NCBI GenBank assembly: GCA_963693365.1
Contig: CAVNZM010000012.1
Span: 8,808,001-8,872,000, forward strand
Origin: Amoebidium appalachense
Taxonomy: Eukaryota > Protista > Ichthyosporea
Direction of reading: 5' to 3'
Length of the DNA: 64,000 bases
The translations under genes and the position numbers were made by a program. Under the pieces are notes generated by a model, which had not been told where the DNA came from, searched no databases, and saw only the letters and a program-made list of their open reading frames with translations. Positions 23,224 to 36,963 of this stretch are shown here, piece after piece (position 1 is the stretch's first letter; the number at the start of each line of letters is the position of its first letter).

Positions 23224-23600
23224 TTACACTACATAGGGCACGGACTGAGGAGGCACAGACGCAAGAACGGCACCACACTTTGGGCACTTGTGATGTGCCC
23301 ACAACCAGCTATTTTTAGTCTCCTTCTGCGCACGTGATGCCGTCACCACGCCAAACCAGTCCGTATATGTGCGTCCATCACATGGAATCTCGCGCGTAAA
23401 CACGTGTGTGGGGCGCAGGGCAACATATGTGTGCACGTGTTTGGTGCACATGGGGCACGTGACCTTGCTGCTTTTGCGTGTGGTTATGGGCACCAAGGAT
23501 GTGGGATGGTCGGTGGGTGTGTATGGTGGAGGAGCGAATCCGGTCGTTTGGGTGATCATCTTGGTGTGCTTGGATTCTAACGACTTGGACGTCGACGGTG
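23224..23600 (-). CDS. LITAF/SIMPLE-like zinc-binding protein with PPPY motif; terminal exon, first in-frame ATG at 23559
   Basis: FAPPPYTP...[17 protein letters not shown]...[12 protein letters not shown] gives the CxxC and HxCxxC knuckles of the LITAF domain. CAG acceptor at 23601-23603; any upstream exon was not resolved. Confidence 0.7.
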
Positions 23601-24744
23601 CTGAAGATCAAGTAAAGGCTTCTCAGATTGAAAAGTTGTACAGCAACCTAAGAGCTTATTCTGATATTTTCAGAGTTTGTCCGGCAACCAGTGGTACATT
23701 CAGAGTGTCAAAAATAGAAAATTTCTGCAAGTTCAGGTAGATGGATCTTGCAGATGCACACACTAACGGAACACACGGTTGTAACCACACACCACTCAAG
23801 CTTGCAAGGAGATTCCTTTAGGCACCTAAAACAGCGTTCGCTTGGTACTACAACTATCAACCTCAGTGCTCGGAGACTAAGTGAACCGGGTACGCGAGAT
23901 GGCTTCCAACAACAGGAGCTCGAGGTTGGTTGGAGGTGGTGTTATTTTCCACGGTGCGTGTGTGTGTGTTCCATCGTTGTATGACAGTGGACACTCGACA
24001 GCCGGCGGACCGTCATGACATGATCATTTCAAAGCAGCCAATCAAATATGTCGATCGGTACGATTGCACATACCACAGTGATACTGGCGGCGCAGCGGCT
24101 CACCAGCCTGTGGCACCCAGCGTTCACACTTTACCGCACGTGACTCACTGAGTATTGGGTAGAAGCATAGCAACTTCGTTTGCGGCCCTCACGAATAAAA
24201 CCTATTCAAATACAAGAAAAATACAGGAAGGGGGGCATGTACATTGGAATATCATGTGTCTACGTCAATTTTTATACTTCTGCAGAATCTGCACCTCCCG
24301 GGCCTGGACCGTGGACTCGGAGGCCGGCCATGGCTCACCTTACTCGTGGAAATACCTTCTAAAAAAGGTAAGAAGAAATACCAAATACGGCTATATTTAA
24401 TGATAACCAATCAAATCAAGCGAGCCGCATACGTAATTGTTCGGGAACATGCTCGCCACCAATTACAAAGCACCGTTTACGTCACCATGCTCAGTATAAG
24501 CCGGGCGGCCAGGTATAAAATGCCCCTCTTCTCTGTGCCGCAAAACCACAACTGACGACTGTTTTTTTGGAAAAACGAAACCGTCAAAAAGAAAACACAA
24601 CTACATTGCAAGGGGAAAACACAAGAATAGAGAGCCAAGATCTTCCAACATTCAAACAAAAAAAAAGGTGAAGTGATTGATCATTGCCATCAAGGACTTT
24701 GAAATTGCTCATCGTGTACATCTGCATCCAAGGGAAATCTCAAC

Positions 24745-25478
24745 ATGGATCTAGACTTTGATGAGGACATTGGGGAGGGCGGTGTTGCTAACGTGGACGT
24801 TGGGTCCGCTGCCGATGCTGCCGCCACGGAGGAACAAAACACGGTGGTGTTGATGGATGATACGACAGATGAGGAGGAAGAGAGAGAGGAGAGGGAGAAG
24901 GATAACGAGGTACGTGGGTGATCTGGGTGGTTGACATTATACATGTGGGTGTGGGTTTACTATGGTCAGGTTTTTTGTGTGTGTTTGAAGAGGGTGTGTG
25001 GTCCTGCTCTGTGCGTGTAATTTGACGGGGTGGAGGTGGGTGGGTGTCTTTGTGTACGTGTGTATGTATGTGTGAGTGTGTGTTCTGTGCATGTATGTGC
25101 CGGTATCGGTACGTGTCTTTTCGGTGTGTGTTGCTTGGGTGTAATGACTGTATGTTTTCCATCTGTGTGGGGGTGTGCGTGTATTTACTTGCGTGTCTTT
25201 CTGTTTGTGCGCGTGGCCTATGGGCAGGGGAGTGTAATAGGTTAATTTTGTTGCTTTTTCTTTTGTGTTCGTGGCGGATTTTTGCTTGTTTTCTGGCTGC
25301 TAAGAGACCATTGGAGTGACTGTGACCAGGCGGTTTTTAGTGACTTTTTTCCCCTTTTTTTGGTGGACAGGAGGACGACCCTGCGCGAAGAAAACGAAAG
25401 GCAGAGGCTAAGCAGAAGAGGTATTCGACTTTTAAACATTTTGTGGCTGGCAGTGGGGGTTTCCGGTTTTTCCTTTTC

Positions 25479-25514
<36 letters not shown>

Positions 25515-26175
25515 ATTTTATTTATTGTTTTTTTTTTTTTTGGGGGGGGGGGGGGGGGTTGGGGGGTTGCTTGCAATGTGTGTGGATATGCTTTTAAGAT
25601 GTGTGGGCAAAGCATACACGTGCATGTGTGTTTGTGTGTGTGTGTGTGTGTTTGTTTGTGTGTGTGTGTGTGTGTGTGTTTGTGCATCATTGAAAAGGAC
25701 TGTGAATGTGGGTGGAGGTACTATCAGCCACCCAAGAAAATGTTCGATCGGTAAATTGGTGAGAGATGTGCCTGATAATGTCTGATATATTAGATAGCCC
25801 CTCTCTCCCGTCTTCCCCCCCCCCCCCCCCCCCCTCCCCCTTATTACACGCCACTTTGTCTTTATTGTCAAATTACTCTGTTATGCTCGCGCACCATGTC
25901 TCCCACAACCACCACTCACTTTTTTCTATTTTAGGGCGGAGAAGAGGGCACGTAACCCGCTGAGCTGTCAGCGCTACCGAGTCATCAACACCGTACAGTA
26001 TGAGGACGTGGTGGTATGTACCCCCCCCCCCCCCCAAAAAAAAAAAAAAAAAAGAGAAAAAGAAAAAAACCTTACCCCCACCCATCCGGCTCGCATTTTC
26101 CCCATCCCCCCTGCTCCCACCCCTTTAAAAAAAAAAAAAGGAGGACTTATCAAGTGCTTCTTAAACATTCCCCCG

Positions 26176-26219
<44 letters not shown>

Positions 26220-26346
26220 CACACACACACACACACACCTGTCACATCATGAAGTTTTGCATGCATTTTGTCTATTTGCCCTCACTCTTACTCCTCCCTG
26301 CCTGTTTACGAACCCTCAGACATACCCCCAGAGTCCACGTACGCGC

Positions 26347-26378
<32 letters not shown>

Positions 26379-26596
26379 CCACCCGTCCGTAGTTACCATC
26401 CATCCTTCGCCCTTCTTTGCCCATCATACTCTTCAGTGTCAACCTTCCCCCCCCCCCCCCCCCCCCCTCTTTCGACCCACCCACCCACTCACCCACCCAC
26501 CCACCACCCACACTGCGCCAGGCCGGCCCTACCTATTCACACCATCCCAGCCCTTCACCATCCCCTCCATACACCCATCTTCATCCCCTCCCTTCC

Positions 26597-26632
<36 letters not shown>

Positions 26633-26679
26633 ACCACCACCACCACCATCACCACACACGCAACCGCCCCCCTGCCCCC

Positions 26680-26728
<49 letters not shown>

Positions 26729-26896
26729 AAAAAAAAAAAACTCTGGTGCTGTGGATCTCTTGGGCCCTTTTAAGAATGGCTATTTATGATTCATGTTCTT
26801 TGTGTATGCTTTGCAACTTTCCAACGTGTTGTCATTCTGATATGCACTCAGTACACTGTAACACATTCTAACTTCCCCTCCCCCCCTTCCCCCCCC

Positions 26897-26934
<38 letters not shown>

Positions 26935-29355
26935 CACACACACACACACGCACACACACACACACCTCCAGCTTGAAGAGTACGACAGCATCGACTGTCG
27001 TGGAGCCAGCATAGTTGATGGGTTTGGGAGTGAGGGTCTAGCCACCCTGATAGCAGCCCAGTATCTTGTGGATGAGCTGAAACTGCCTCTGATTGGTCAG
27101 ATGCACAGTGCTAGCGGCCCACCACTGTGTGTCGTCAGATGGGATCAACCTACGGGGGTAGGTGGACCCAAGTAGTATTCTTTCCTCTTTGGTTGTGGTT
27201 GTTCTGCAGTTATATGTTTTTTTCTGATGTGTGGTTGCCTCCCCTTACTTTCCCCCTTAGCCCCTCCTTTCCTCCCCCTCCCCCCCCCCCCCCCCCCCCC
27301 CCCCCTTCTCTCCCCACATGCACACACAGACACCTACGAACATGCATATACTCCCCCCTCCCCTCTCCCCCTCCCCCCCTTCACCCCCGACCATCCCCGG
27401 GTCATCACCCCCCTCCCCCCCTCCCCTCTCCCCCCCCCCCTTTAGTGACCATCTCCCCCACGTCCCCCCTTTCCTCCCCCAACACACACACAAACACACA
27501 TACAACCACCAAGACCCATATAACTTTCATCCTCCTCCCCCCCCCCCCCCCCTCCCCCCCTCCCCCCCCCCCCCCCCCTCCAATGGGGGGGTGGGCACCC
27601 TCTACCACAGCCACCACCACCACCACTTTCCCTTTCTACCCTACCCACTCATACAGCATTCCACCCCCCAGGCCGTACGTATCTACGGTGACCGACGTCT
27701 CGTAGTGTTCACCACCCCCAAGCGCATAGGCCCTGAGATGAGCAGTGCCGTGGTTAAGGCCATCTTTGAGTTTGCTGCCCGACACAGGTGCACACACGTG
27801 TTTACCCTTGAGGGGGTCGCTGATAAGGTTTGTATCTGTTGCCCCCCCCCCCCCCACCTCCCCCCCCTCCCCCACCTCTCTTCTCCTTCTAAACACGTTA
27901 TCTCCTCTCGATCCGCCCCCCCCCCCCCCCCCCCCGCGCCCGCTGCCGCCATCTTCCTTCCTAGACACACACATCGGACAAGTTGGTGCGTTTAGACACA
28001 TTCGCACGTGCGCCCACCCCCCGCCCCTCCCCCTCCCCCCCCCCCGCCAACCACACACACAGACACACACACACACACTCAAACACACGAGCGCTGAGTC
28101 CATTACAATGTCAAACATCTTCACTAGCAATTCCGATTTCTCTGTTTTATCTTGCCCAATCACCATTCATTTTCTCACCCACTAACCCACATCATATATG
28201 GTTCATTCCACCATCCATATGATTTAATCTGCATGCACCAACCCACACCATATATGGTTCAGATCACCATCCAACTTCTACTCGCCCTATATATGGCTCA
28301 TACCACCAACCAATCGGCAAGCACTAACTCACACTATATATGGTTCGCAGATCACCATCCGTCTTACAGGCCAGGAGGACAACATAGCCAAGAAAGTCAC
28401 AGAGAAAATAGCGTCAGCCAAGCCCAGACCCACACGCTACCTGACCAATGATGAGACAACGGCACACAAACTCAAATCTATGGGCTTGAAAGAGGTATTT
28501 TGAGCCCGCCCCGCCCCCCCCCACACCCCCCCCCCCCCTTGAAATTTATGGATTTAAAGGATGTATTTACAGCCCTCCCCCACCCCCTTCCCCTGAAGGG
28601 GTTGCAGGAAGTTTCAGAGCCCCTCCACCCCCTCTCCCCCCTCCAACCCCCCCTTCCCCCCCCCCCCCCACCACCACTTACACCCTCCCCGCTTGCAAAC
28701 GCAATGAACAGCCGTGCTAGTGTCGTTCAAGCTTGCACGTGCATCCCTTTCCTCTTGGCCTCAGTATTAACCCTTTTCCGCCTGCCTATTCCACCTCTCT
28801 CACTATACTTGCCATCTTCTGATTGATAACTTGGTGAATATTTTTCCCGTTCCATCTCGGCTCCTCCATCATTCTACATGTCTTGTACAGCATAGCTCCC
28901 TCACCCCCCTCCATCTTCCCTCCCTCCCCCCCCCTTCCCCCCCTCCCCCCTCTTCCCGGGGCCCTTTACCCGGTCCATACACCTCTATCCGCATACATAC
29001 CCATGCTCACCTCCTCTCCCCCCAGGTTCGTGGTGCTGCAATCAGTGGTGTTACAGGGGGCATCCTTTCACGTGCCGCAACCTCCGAGCTGACCATTGTG
29101 GGACTCATTGCTCCCGTCAACCCAGTACGTGCAATATCCCCCCGCCCCTCCCCCCCCTCCCCCTCCCCCCCTCCCCCTCCCCCTCCCCCCTCCCCCCAGC
29201 TCCCCTCCACTCCCCCCCCCCCCTCTCTCTCACTCCCTCCCCCCCCTCCCCCCCCCCCCCCACTTACCCCCTTCACTAGTTTCTCGGTCTGGAATCCCTG
29301 CTATTCCCCCTTTCTTTCCTGGTCACTGCGTATATCTGGTTTCCATCCTCCCCCC

Positions 29356-29386
<31 letters not shown>

Positions 29387-29744
29387 ACCCACCCCACTCA
29401 CCCACCCGGCTCCCCATTCCGCCCTAACCATAATACAAGTTTCATTCCAAAGCAACCTCCTCCTTTCCCCCCCCTCTTCCCCAAACCCATCCATCCTCAC
29501 CTCCCCCACAGCCTTTATGCCAATACACGAACCAACACTCGCACACACACATGTGCGCACACATATACATGTTGTACACATACACTAGCACCTACCTCAA
29601 CCTCCCAATTCTATTCCCGCCCTCGCCCTGCCTTCTCCCCCCCCCCCCCCCCCCCCCAAAACTCCCACCACTGCCCCTGCTGCCGCCACTTTTATCTCAA
29701 ACCCACGATCTCACCCTCCCCCCCCCCCCCCCCCCCACCCGCGA

Positions 29745-29796
<52 letters not shown>

Positions 29797-29984
29797 AGAT
29801 GGGCGGGGATGCACGTGCCGCACTTTCCTTTGTGCAGACTATCCAGGCGGTGCTGGGTGATGGCCTCCACATGGACCTATCTACCCTGCTAGACCAGGCA
29901 GAAGACATCGAGACGGAGGTGAAAAAGGCCGTGAAGAAAGCCGCTGAGGCAAACCCACCAAAGCACCCGGGCATGTACATGTAA
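24745..29984 (+). CDS. PAC2-family proteasome assembly chaperone/activator, archaeal PbaA/PbaB-like, 354 aa, C-terminal HbYX (MYM)
   Basis: Eight exons: 24745-24909, 25371-25420, 25935-26013, 26972-27157, 27672-27827, 28351-28494, 29026-29124, 29799-29984 (1065 nt). Motifs: IVDGFGSEGLATLIAAQYLVDELKLPLIG, PPLCVV...AVRIYG, ISGVTGGIL, DARAA, LLDQAEDIE. Ends PGMYM*. Confidence 0.9.
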
Positions 29985-30082
29985 TGGATGTTTGTGTGTG
30001 CATTTATGTTTTTGGGTATATGACTTCGTGTTGTGTGTACGTGTTGTCTGGGGATCTCTATTTTTTTTTCCTTTTTTTTTTT

Positions 30083-30113
<31 letters not shown>

Positions 30114-31069
30114 GGGGAGGAATAGAATAATACATCAGCCTTTCTGGTTGCCCATATGAAGCCATTTGCATACATTTTGGTTTGTTGTATACTCCAGAGA
30201 ATCTGATGTTATTGTTGAAATGCCATTTCACGTTAGACCTCTTGTACTTCTGTTTGTGATGGGGTTAGGACGGGCTATCGCAGCTTTTGTTTAGTCAAAG
30301 TATGTATAGCGCCTGCCAATGAAATAGTCGTAGCCCCCTGTGATTTTTTACGGAAGTGTGATCAAGAAAAAATATTTGTTGCGATATGAGATAGCATGAA
30401 GTTGGTACTCTCTCTGCCGATTGAAGATACGTGAAAATCTGTGTTAGTGCTATTGCATGTTGTTGAATGTTACTGGCTGATTTTAGTATTATTGCTTATA
30501 TTCATATCCATTAGCACTTTCAACTTGAATTTGTTTTAGTTCTGTTCGTGTATGTAGGTCACCACCGGGATGAGACAGGGCTAAATGACTTGTTGCATTT
30601 GATTAGATTTAGCTACAGAAGAAAAAAATGCCCTTGTAAGTATAGTGCATAGAATTTGACCACTGTAACAAAGACATAAAAAGGGAAGGGAGAACAAGTA
30701 ATAAAAAAAATACGGAAAAAACAAATATAATACATAAAAAAGAAATAAAAAATAAAGATGTTTTGCAGCCACCATGCCATGTCTATGGGCTGAATTTTCT
30801 TTCCTGGGGAGTATCAGATGGATTTCCGATAGTGTATTTTAGTCCCGGGGTGGGGAGGGAGGGAGGGCGTGTGAATGTGTTAAATCGGGTGTGTGGTTGG
30901 GTAGAAAAGTGGTGGTGGTGGTGGTGGTGTGTGTGTTTTTCGTTGTGTGTGTGTGGGGGGAGGGGGGGGGGGGGGGGGGGGAGGGGGAAGGGAAGGAGGG
31001 AGGGAGGGGGTGGGGTGGGGTGGGGGCGGGGGGGGGGGGGGGGAGGGGGGGGGGGGGGGGGGGGGGGGG

Positions 31070-31101
<32 letters not shown>

Positions 31102-31190
31102 TCGACGGGGGATGGGATAAACATAGTATCGAATCAAGAGGCCCAAATGACGGTCCCTCAACCTCCACATCCTTGAGACCAGCGTAGCGG

Positions 31191-31236
<46 letters not shown>

Positions 31237-31905
31237 TTTTTTTTTTGGGGGGGGGGGGGGGGGGAGGGGGGAGGGGGGGGGGGGGTATGCATGGTAGCCG
31301 GTGGGTTCCAGCAACTTCAACGGTCCATTCGAGTCAAACAGAACAGAGTATGATGTTGAACACGCACGCACACACACACGAGCGCGCACGCACACTTACA
31401 AAAAAAAGAGGAAGAAGAAAAAGAAACGAAAAGAAAAAGGGAAAAAAGCCTTAAAGAAAGAAGGAAAGAAAGAAATAAATAAAAGGGAAAAATGAAAAAG
31501 TAAGAACCTTTAAGCGCGAACACGGGCAATCTACAAGTGTGCACGCTGGAGACACTGACGGGGCCAATCAATGGTCCGGGATTAACACAAGAACTAGTTT
31601 AAAATCTTCGTGACATCACACGTGACCATCCCACCCTTCACCTGCTTTGTATGAAGAGGCGAGGAGCAGAGAAGCCGAAAGAAGAACTGGGTTGATAAGG
31701 AGAAGCAATCGAACGAGTCATAGCACAACGAAATACACACGTGGGAGTGGGAGGCTGGGGATGATTCAGAAGGGTGGTGGTGGTGGTGTAGGTGGGGGGG
31801 GGGGGGGGGGGGTGTGTGCGTGTGTGTGTGTGTGTGTGTTTGTGTGTGCTAATAGAAGGGTGGTGGTTGTGGTGTTGGTGGGGGAAGGGGGGTGGGGGGG
31901 GGGGG

Positions 31906-31970
<65 letters not shown>

Positions 31971-34269
31971 GAGGGGAGAGGGAGGGGGGGGGGGAGGGGG
32001 GAGGGGGGGGGAGAATTGTACGCATGTGCACCACGGTACACTTTATCAGACAGCACCAGGCATGCCTTCATACCTGGAAAGTGGTCAACTGACAAAACAA
32101 AAATCCGTGCATGGAACAAGATTAAAATCCATTCATGGAAACTTTCTATCCCTTATCCTCCACACAGATTTGAAATATACTACATAGATATTCGCACAAT
32201 ACATGTAGAAATACTACTGTGTGTAGAGAATGGTCATTGCAGTGACTACGAAACCTCGTGGGTTTGCGTGCACAAATTCTTCTGCAGCAAATATGTCATG
32301 AGTACATCGCAGTTTGTTATTTCCAAAGCATATTTACCCCATTCACGTATCGCATATAAACAAACATAAGATAATAACCAGACATAAGTTAAAACTTCAA
32401 AAACATACGAGTTTATTGCAAAGCAGTAATATTCCGAAAAGTTTTCAAGCAACGTACTTCCAAAAAACGAACACTTGCCAAATTTGGAAAAAAAAACACA
32501 CACTCGTTTATCTGCCTACACGTGCACCGTTCACATGGCGTATGTGTTTGCCGTTTAACTTCAGCTTCCGGGGGATTCCTGTCCTTGTGTCGTGTAGAAA
32601 CTTTGAAACACTCCAGCTTGACCGATACGCTCACACGTGTTTTACGCCAGCCTCCTCATATACCCAGCTGCAGAAATGCGAAGTAAAAGTGAAATCAACT
32701 GCACTTTCCGTTTCATAAATGTCCTTCATGCAAAATTTCTTGTAATGGACCTTACAGCACGTGTTCAGCCATGTGCTATTGCATGGTGATATTGAGCAGG
32801 CTGGTAGTGGCGAGTTTTGGTCGTGGCGTAGTGAGGGTTGTGGTGTGCAAAACCGCTGCCGTCGCCATGGCTGCTTGCAGAGAGAGGAAAAGACGTGTCG
32901 TTTGTGCGACCTGCATTTTCCTGGTTTTTTCCTTGTGTTTTTTCTTCCGTAGGAATCGTTTCAAGAGGTGTTGAGGTGGAAAAACGCTTTCACCTGGGCC
33001 TTCAGCGAAAAATAGTGCACGGTGTTATGTAGGGACAAACAAATAAACGCAAAAATGTGCGTTTTTGGTCCGCAACTTTCGAGACGGGTGAAGACGGCTA
33101 TGTATTCTGCTATCAGCTAGGCGGTGGAATGACAAGAAAGTACCGACGATTAAGAAGGCTTGAAGCACTTGCTCAGTGTTTTTTTGTCACAATTATCTCT
33201 TATCTCCTTTTTTCTCTTTGGGCATCGCACGAAAAAGATCACGAAATGCGTGGGGGTGACTGAGTGCTGAGTGGGGGCGGAGGATTTTATCGCGCGCATG
33301 ACTGTCACGTGATTGGAATGTGATGGCTCATAGCTACGCCAATCAGCTAACAAGATCCTTTGTGGTGGGATGTGCCACCAATGAAATGAGTCGATCTTTA
33401 GCACTTAGATTTTGCCGATATACTCTGACGGGCCTGGAATGAGTCCTCTTGGAGGCCAGTTTTTTGCCATGATCCACAGCTTTCAGCGATGTTCTGGTGA
33501 ACCTGCGTGTGCGTTCTGCGTACAGATGCCGCAGAATGTGAGTGGAAAGAGCGTGCCTGTATTCAATTGACTTAGCTTCAGCGTGTTGGTATGTGACAGG
33601 CAACTTATATACGAAGAGTGTTGCTTGTGTGGACGGGTGCCGACGCCGGTGTAGGTTGGCTGCTGCATTCACTAGTGGGCTTCTGTTTGCCCAGGTTGAT
33701 CGTTTTGCATTAGGTTTATTTTTCTTGTAAGCTTGTGGGTTTAGACATTCTGTAGGAGTTGGTCGCTGTGTAACGCCGGGAGTGGAAAGTCGTTGATGCT
33801 CGTCCGTTCTGTCGTATGTACACTAAATCTCATAGTTAGCTGTTGTGGGTTTTGTTGTGTGTGTTTGTTTGTAGGGGAGGGAGGGGGGGGGAGAGGGGGG
33901 GGGGGGAAGGGTAGAGGGAGGGGAGGGGGGGGGGGGGGGGGGAGGAGGTGAGGTGAGTGAGGGAGGTTGCGTGTGTGGAGGGGGGAAGTAAGCGGTTATG
34001 AGAGAACTTGAAGAAGTGCCCTCCAGAAACGGATAGATATCCCCAGGGTTAAACTTTAGCGTAACTGTTGCTTTGTACGGCAATGGTAGCCGCGCACTGC
34101 AAAATATTGAGCAACTACAGGAAAAAAATACCAAGCATATGTTCTTCGAAATTGTTGTTACGGTGTCCGCTCCCACTCGCTTTCCTACCCCCAGAGCACA
34201 AAAAAATGTTTGAAAAAGGGGGGGGGGGGGGGGGGGGGGGAGGTAGAAAAGGGGGAGGGGAGAGAGAGC

Positions 34270-34315
<46 letters not shown>

Positions 34316-34424
34316 CACACACACACAGGGAGAGTGAGAGCGAGAGGGGGGGGGGCAGAGGGAGAGAGAGAGGGAGAGAGAGAGCGCGCGCGAGAGAGAA
34401 AGAGAGAGCGAGAGAAAGACAAAT

Positions 34425-34455
<31 letters not shown>

Positions 34456-35243
34456 TAGAGAAAGAGAAATGACCTTTTCACACGGTTTGAACCACTAGCC
34501 AAAAACACATCCTTTCGAATTCAGGCTGACACCGCGGCAAGGCGAGCACTGCCGCTTCGAGCAGCTCTCGCTTCCTTACCGTTATGAGGTTTTCACTGAC
34601 ATCTGATAGACATTCTTTGTGTCTTAATGCAATAGTTAGCGTGTTTATTGCGCGGAGTGGGTATGTGTCTGAGCTGCCAACCGTAACTGATGGATAGGTG
34701 CTGTTCTTTCCGGTCCAATTAGACTGCCGCACTGGCGTACATGCCACGCCTTTCCCGGGTACAAAGTACATCTTCCATCTGCCAAAGGTAACTTCGATGT
34801 GTTCCGTCTCAAATCGGATTACTGTGCGTACACTCTGGGCACTCGTGTCTATTCTCACACCTTCCTAGATTCAAAATACATCTTCGTACCACCTTTGGGT
34901 ACTGCATGCAGAATGTTTTCTGCCCTACAACCATGTTTGGAAGACACAAAAATAATAGAACCCTCTTCTCCGCCCCCCGGCCCCTTACTGGCAGAGCCCG
35001 ACAGGTGGCTTACCCTCCTGTCCCCACTACTAAATGTTGAACAGAGGAGCGCTCATGATGTAACAATTGCTACTGTGCAGACCATATCATCTTGACGTGG
35101 GCACAAGACATTATTTTCTCACATACCACGTGCACAAAGAGGCTTAAATTTCACGCCCGTGTGCACACAGACTCATGAAACAAACAGACACACACACAAA
35201 CATACGCACGCGCGCACGCACGCACACATATACACACACACAC

Positions 35244-35300
<57 letters not shown>

Positions 35301-35633
35301 CAGCCGTGATTGCATGAGTCAAGATAGTCAACAGACAAATAGTGCGTACAAACGGCACCGTGAGGCTTTTCAACCTCCGGCAAACAAATAGACCTGTCTC
35401 TCCACAAGCCCCGTATACACAAGGTCTCAGCGACAACCAGGGCATACTCGATGCGTGTAACATATGCTTCACCACCGATTTATTATTCTGTTTGGGGTCG
35501 AAAGGCTCACTTCGGCCAATTGTCAAATACTCAACTTGGTATCGTTTTGCAAAGATAGATAAGTCGCCTTAGGGTGGGGTTTGGAAGGAAGGGGAGGGGT
35601 GGAGGGGAGAGGGGGGGGGGGTGGGGCGCCGTG

Positions 35634-35705
<72 letters not shown>

Positions 35706-36963
35706 ACTGCCGCAAGAGTCAAAAGCAAAGAGCAATAGTGATAAAATCAACCTTGCTGAAAAGTAAGCCGATGGCGGCGTGTGGTGGAATGTGTTAGTGA
35801 GGTATGTAGAGAGGTCTGAGCACGTTAAGATGAGGTGGTGCCGTGGGCATTGCTACGGTGGCCGGCTTGAGGATAACCAGAAATATGCAGTTAGGCTGTA
35901 ATTATTCCTGAGTGCCAACACAGATATATGTATATACGGCTCCATGGATGAGGCCCACGTGGCCAAAATTGGGAACGCGAACAGCAGTTACAATGCCAGA
36001 GAAGTTCTTATTGTGCTATCTGGCAAATGCAGGAAGCCAACCATGCCATCGTCTCGGTGAAGAATTGCCCTCCTACCAAGCCGATGTCGTGAGAACAGTT
36101 ATTCTGAGTTTGTGTTTGCATGCCCATGTTCTTTGACTCTAAAGAAGGGAGGTTCTTAGGTGTTTGTGGGTAAAACTGTCGTGGGTAATGAAGGCAGGCC
36201 TAGGGGGTGTCATGTAAATGTTGCAATCGTAAAGTTCGGGTTGTGGCTTTCAACTCTGGACACTTGAAACAGGTGACTGCTGCAAGCCTTTGGAAACAAC
36301 AAAAACTAAATATCAGATTCTCGCCTAAAAAAAGAAGGAGATGCGTACACTTGATTGGTGAAGTGGTTTTGGTCTGGAACAAGATGATTGGCAGAGACGG
36401 CACCCAACCCAAGAGGGGGGTAAATTGTTCCCACGCCCTAAGGCAACACGCATTTTTGCGTGATGCTTTTACTCCCACTTTTTTATAAGAGAAAAATTAT
36501 CAATTGTGAACGCTATATAACCAATCTACCTTAAAAAAAAAGTGGTTTTCGGGCCTTTATTGACTATTTTCCTCCAGTTGTAACCTATTTGTAGCGAGAC
36601 CACACTTTGAACCTGTTTCGATTGGATGGGAAACAGGAAACATTTACTCCCAAATTGCTAACTATGTATCAATAAAGTTTTAATTAAGTTTCTGGAAAAA
36701 ATCTATAAAAACTTGAAAATATCTTTACTTAGGTATATCCAATTTTTGAAATAATTAGGATTACACTGGTTATCCCCTGTTGGAGCGCTATAAGTACGCG
36801 TTCGTGTTCTCACACACACTCTAATGCTACCCCGTGACAATAACATACAGAACCAAGCGTAGAAAACATAGAAACATAACACAAGGGCATTAGGAGACCA
36901 ACTAGTAAAAAGGGGATAGTATTGATAGAGTTCTGAGGGAGTTTGTAATAACATTAAGACAAG

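Noticed and set aside
24286-24367. Plus-strand exon-like segment (CAG...AAG|GTAAGA)
   Set aside because: No partner exons or recognisable protein; it may be a UTR exon or chance.
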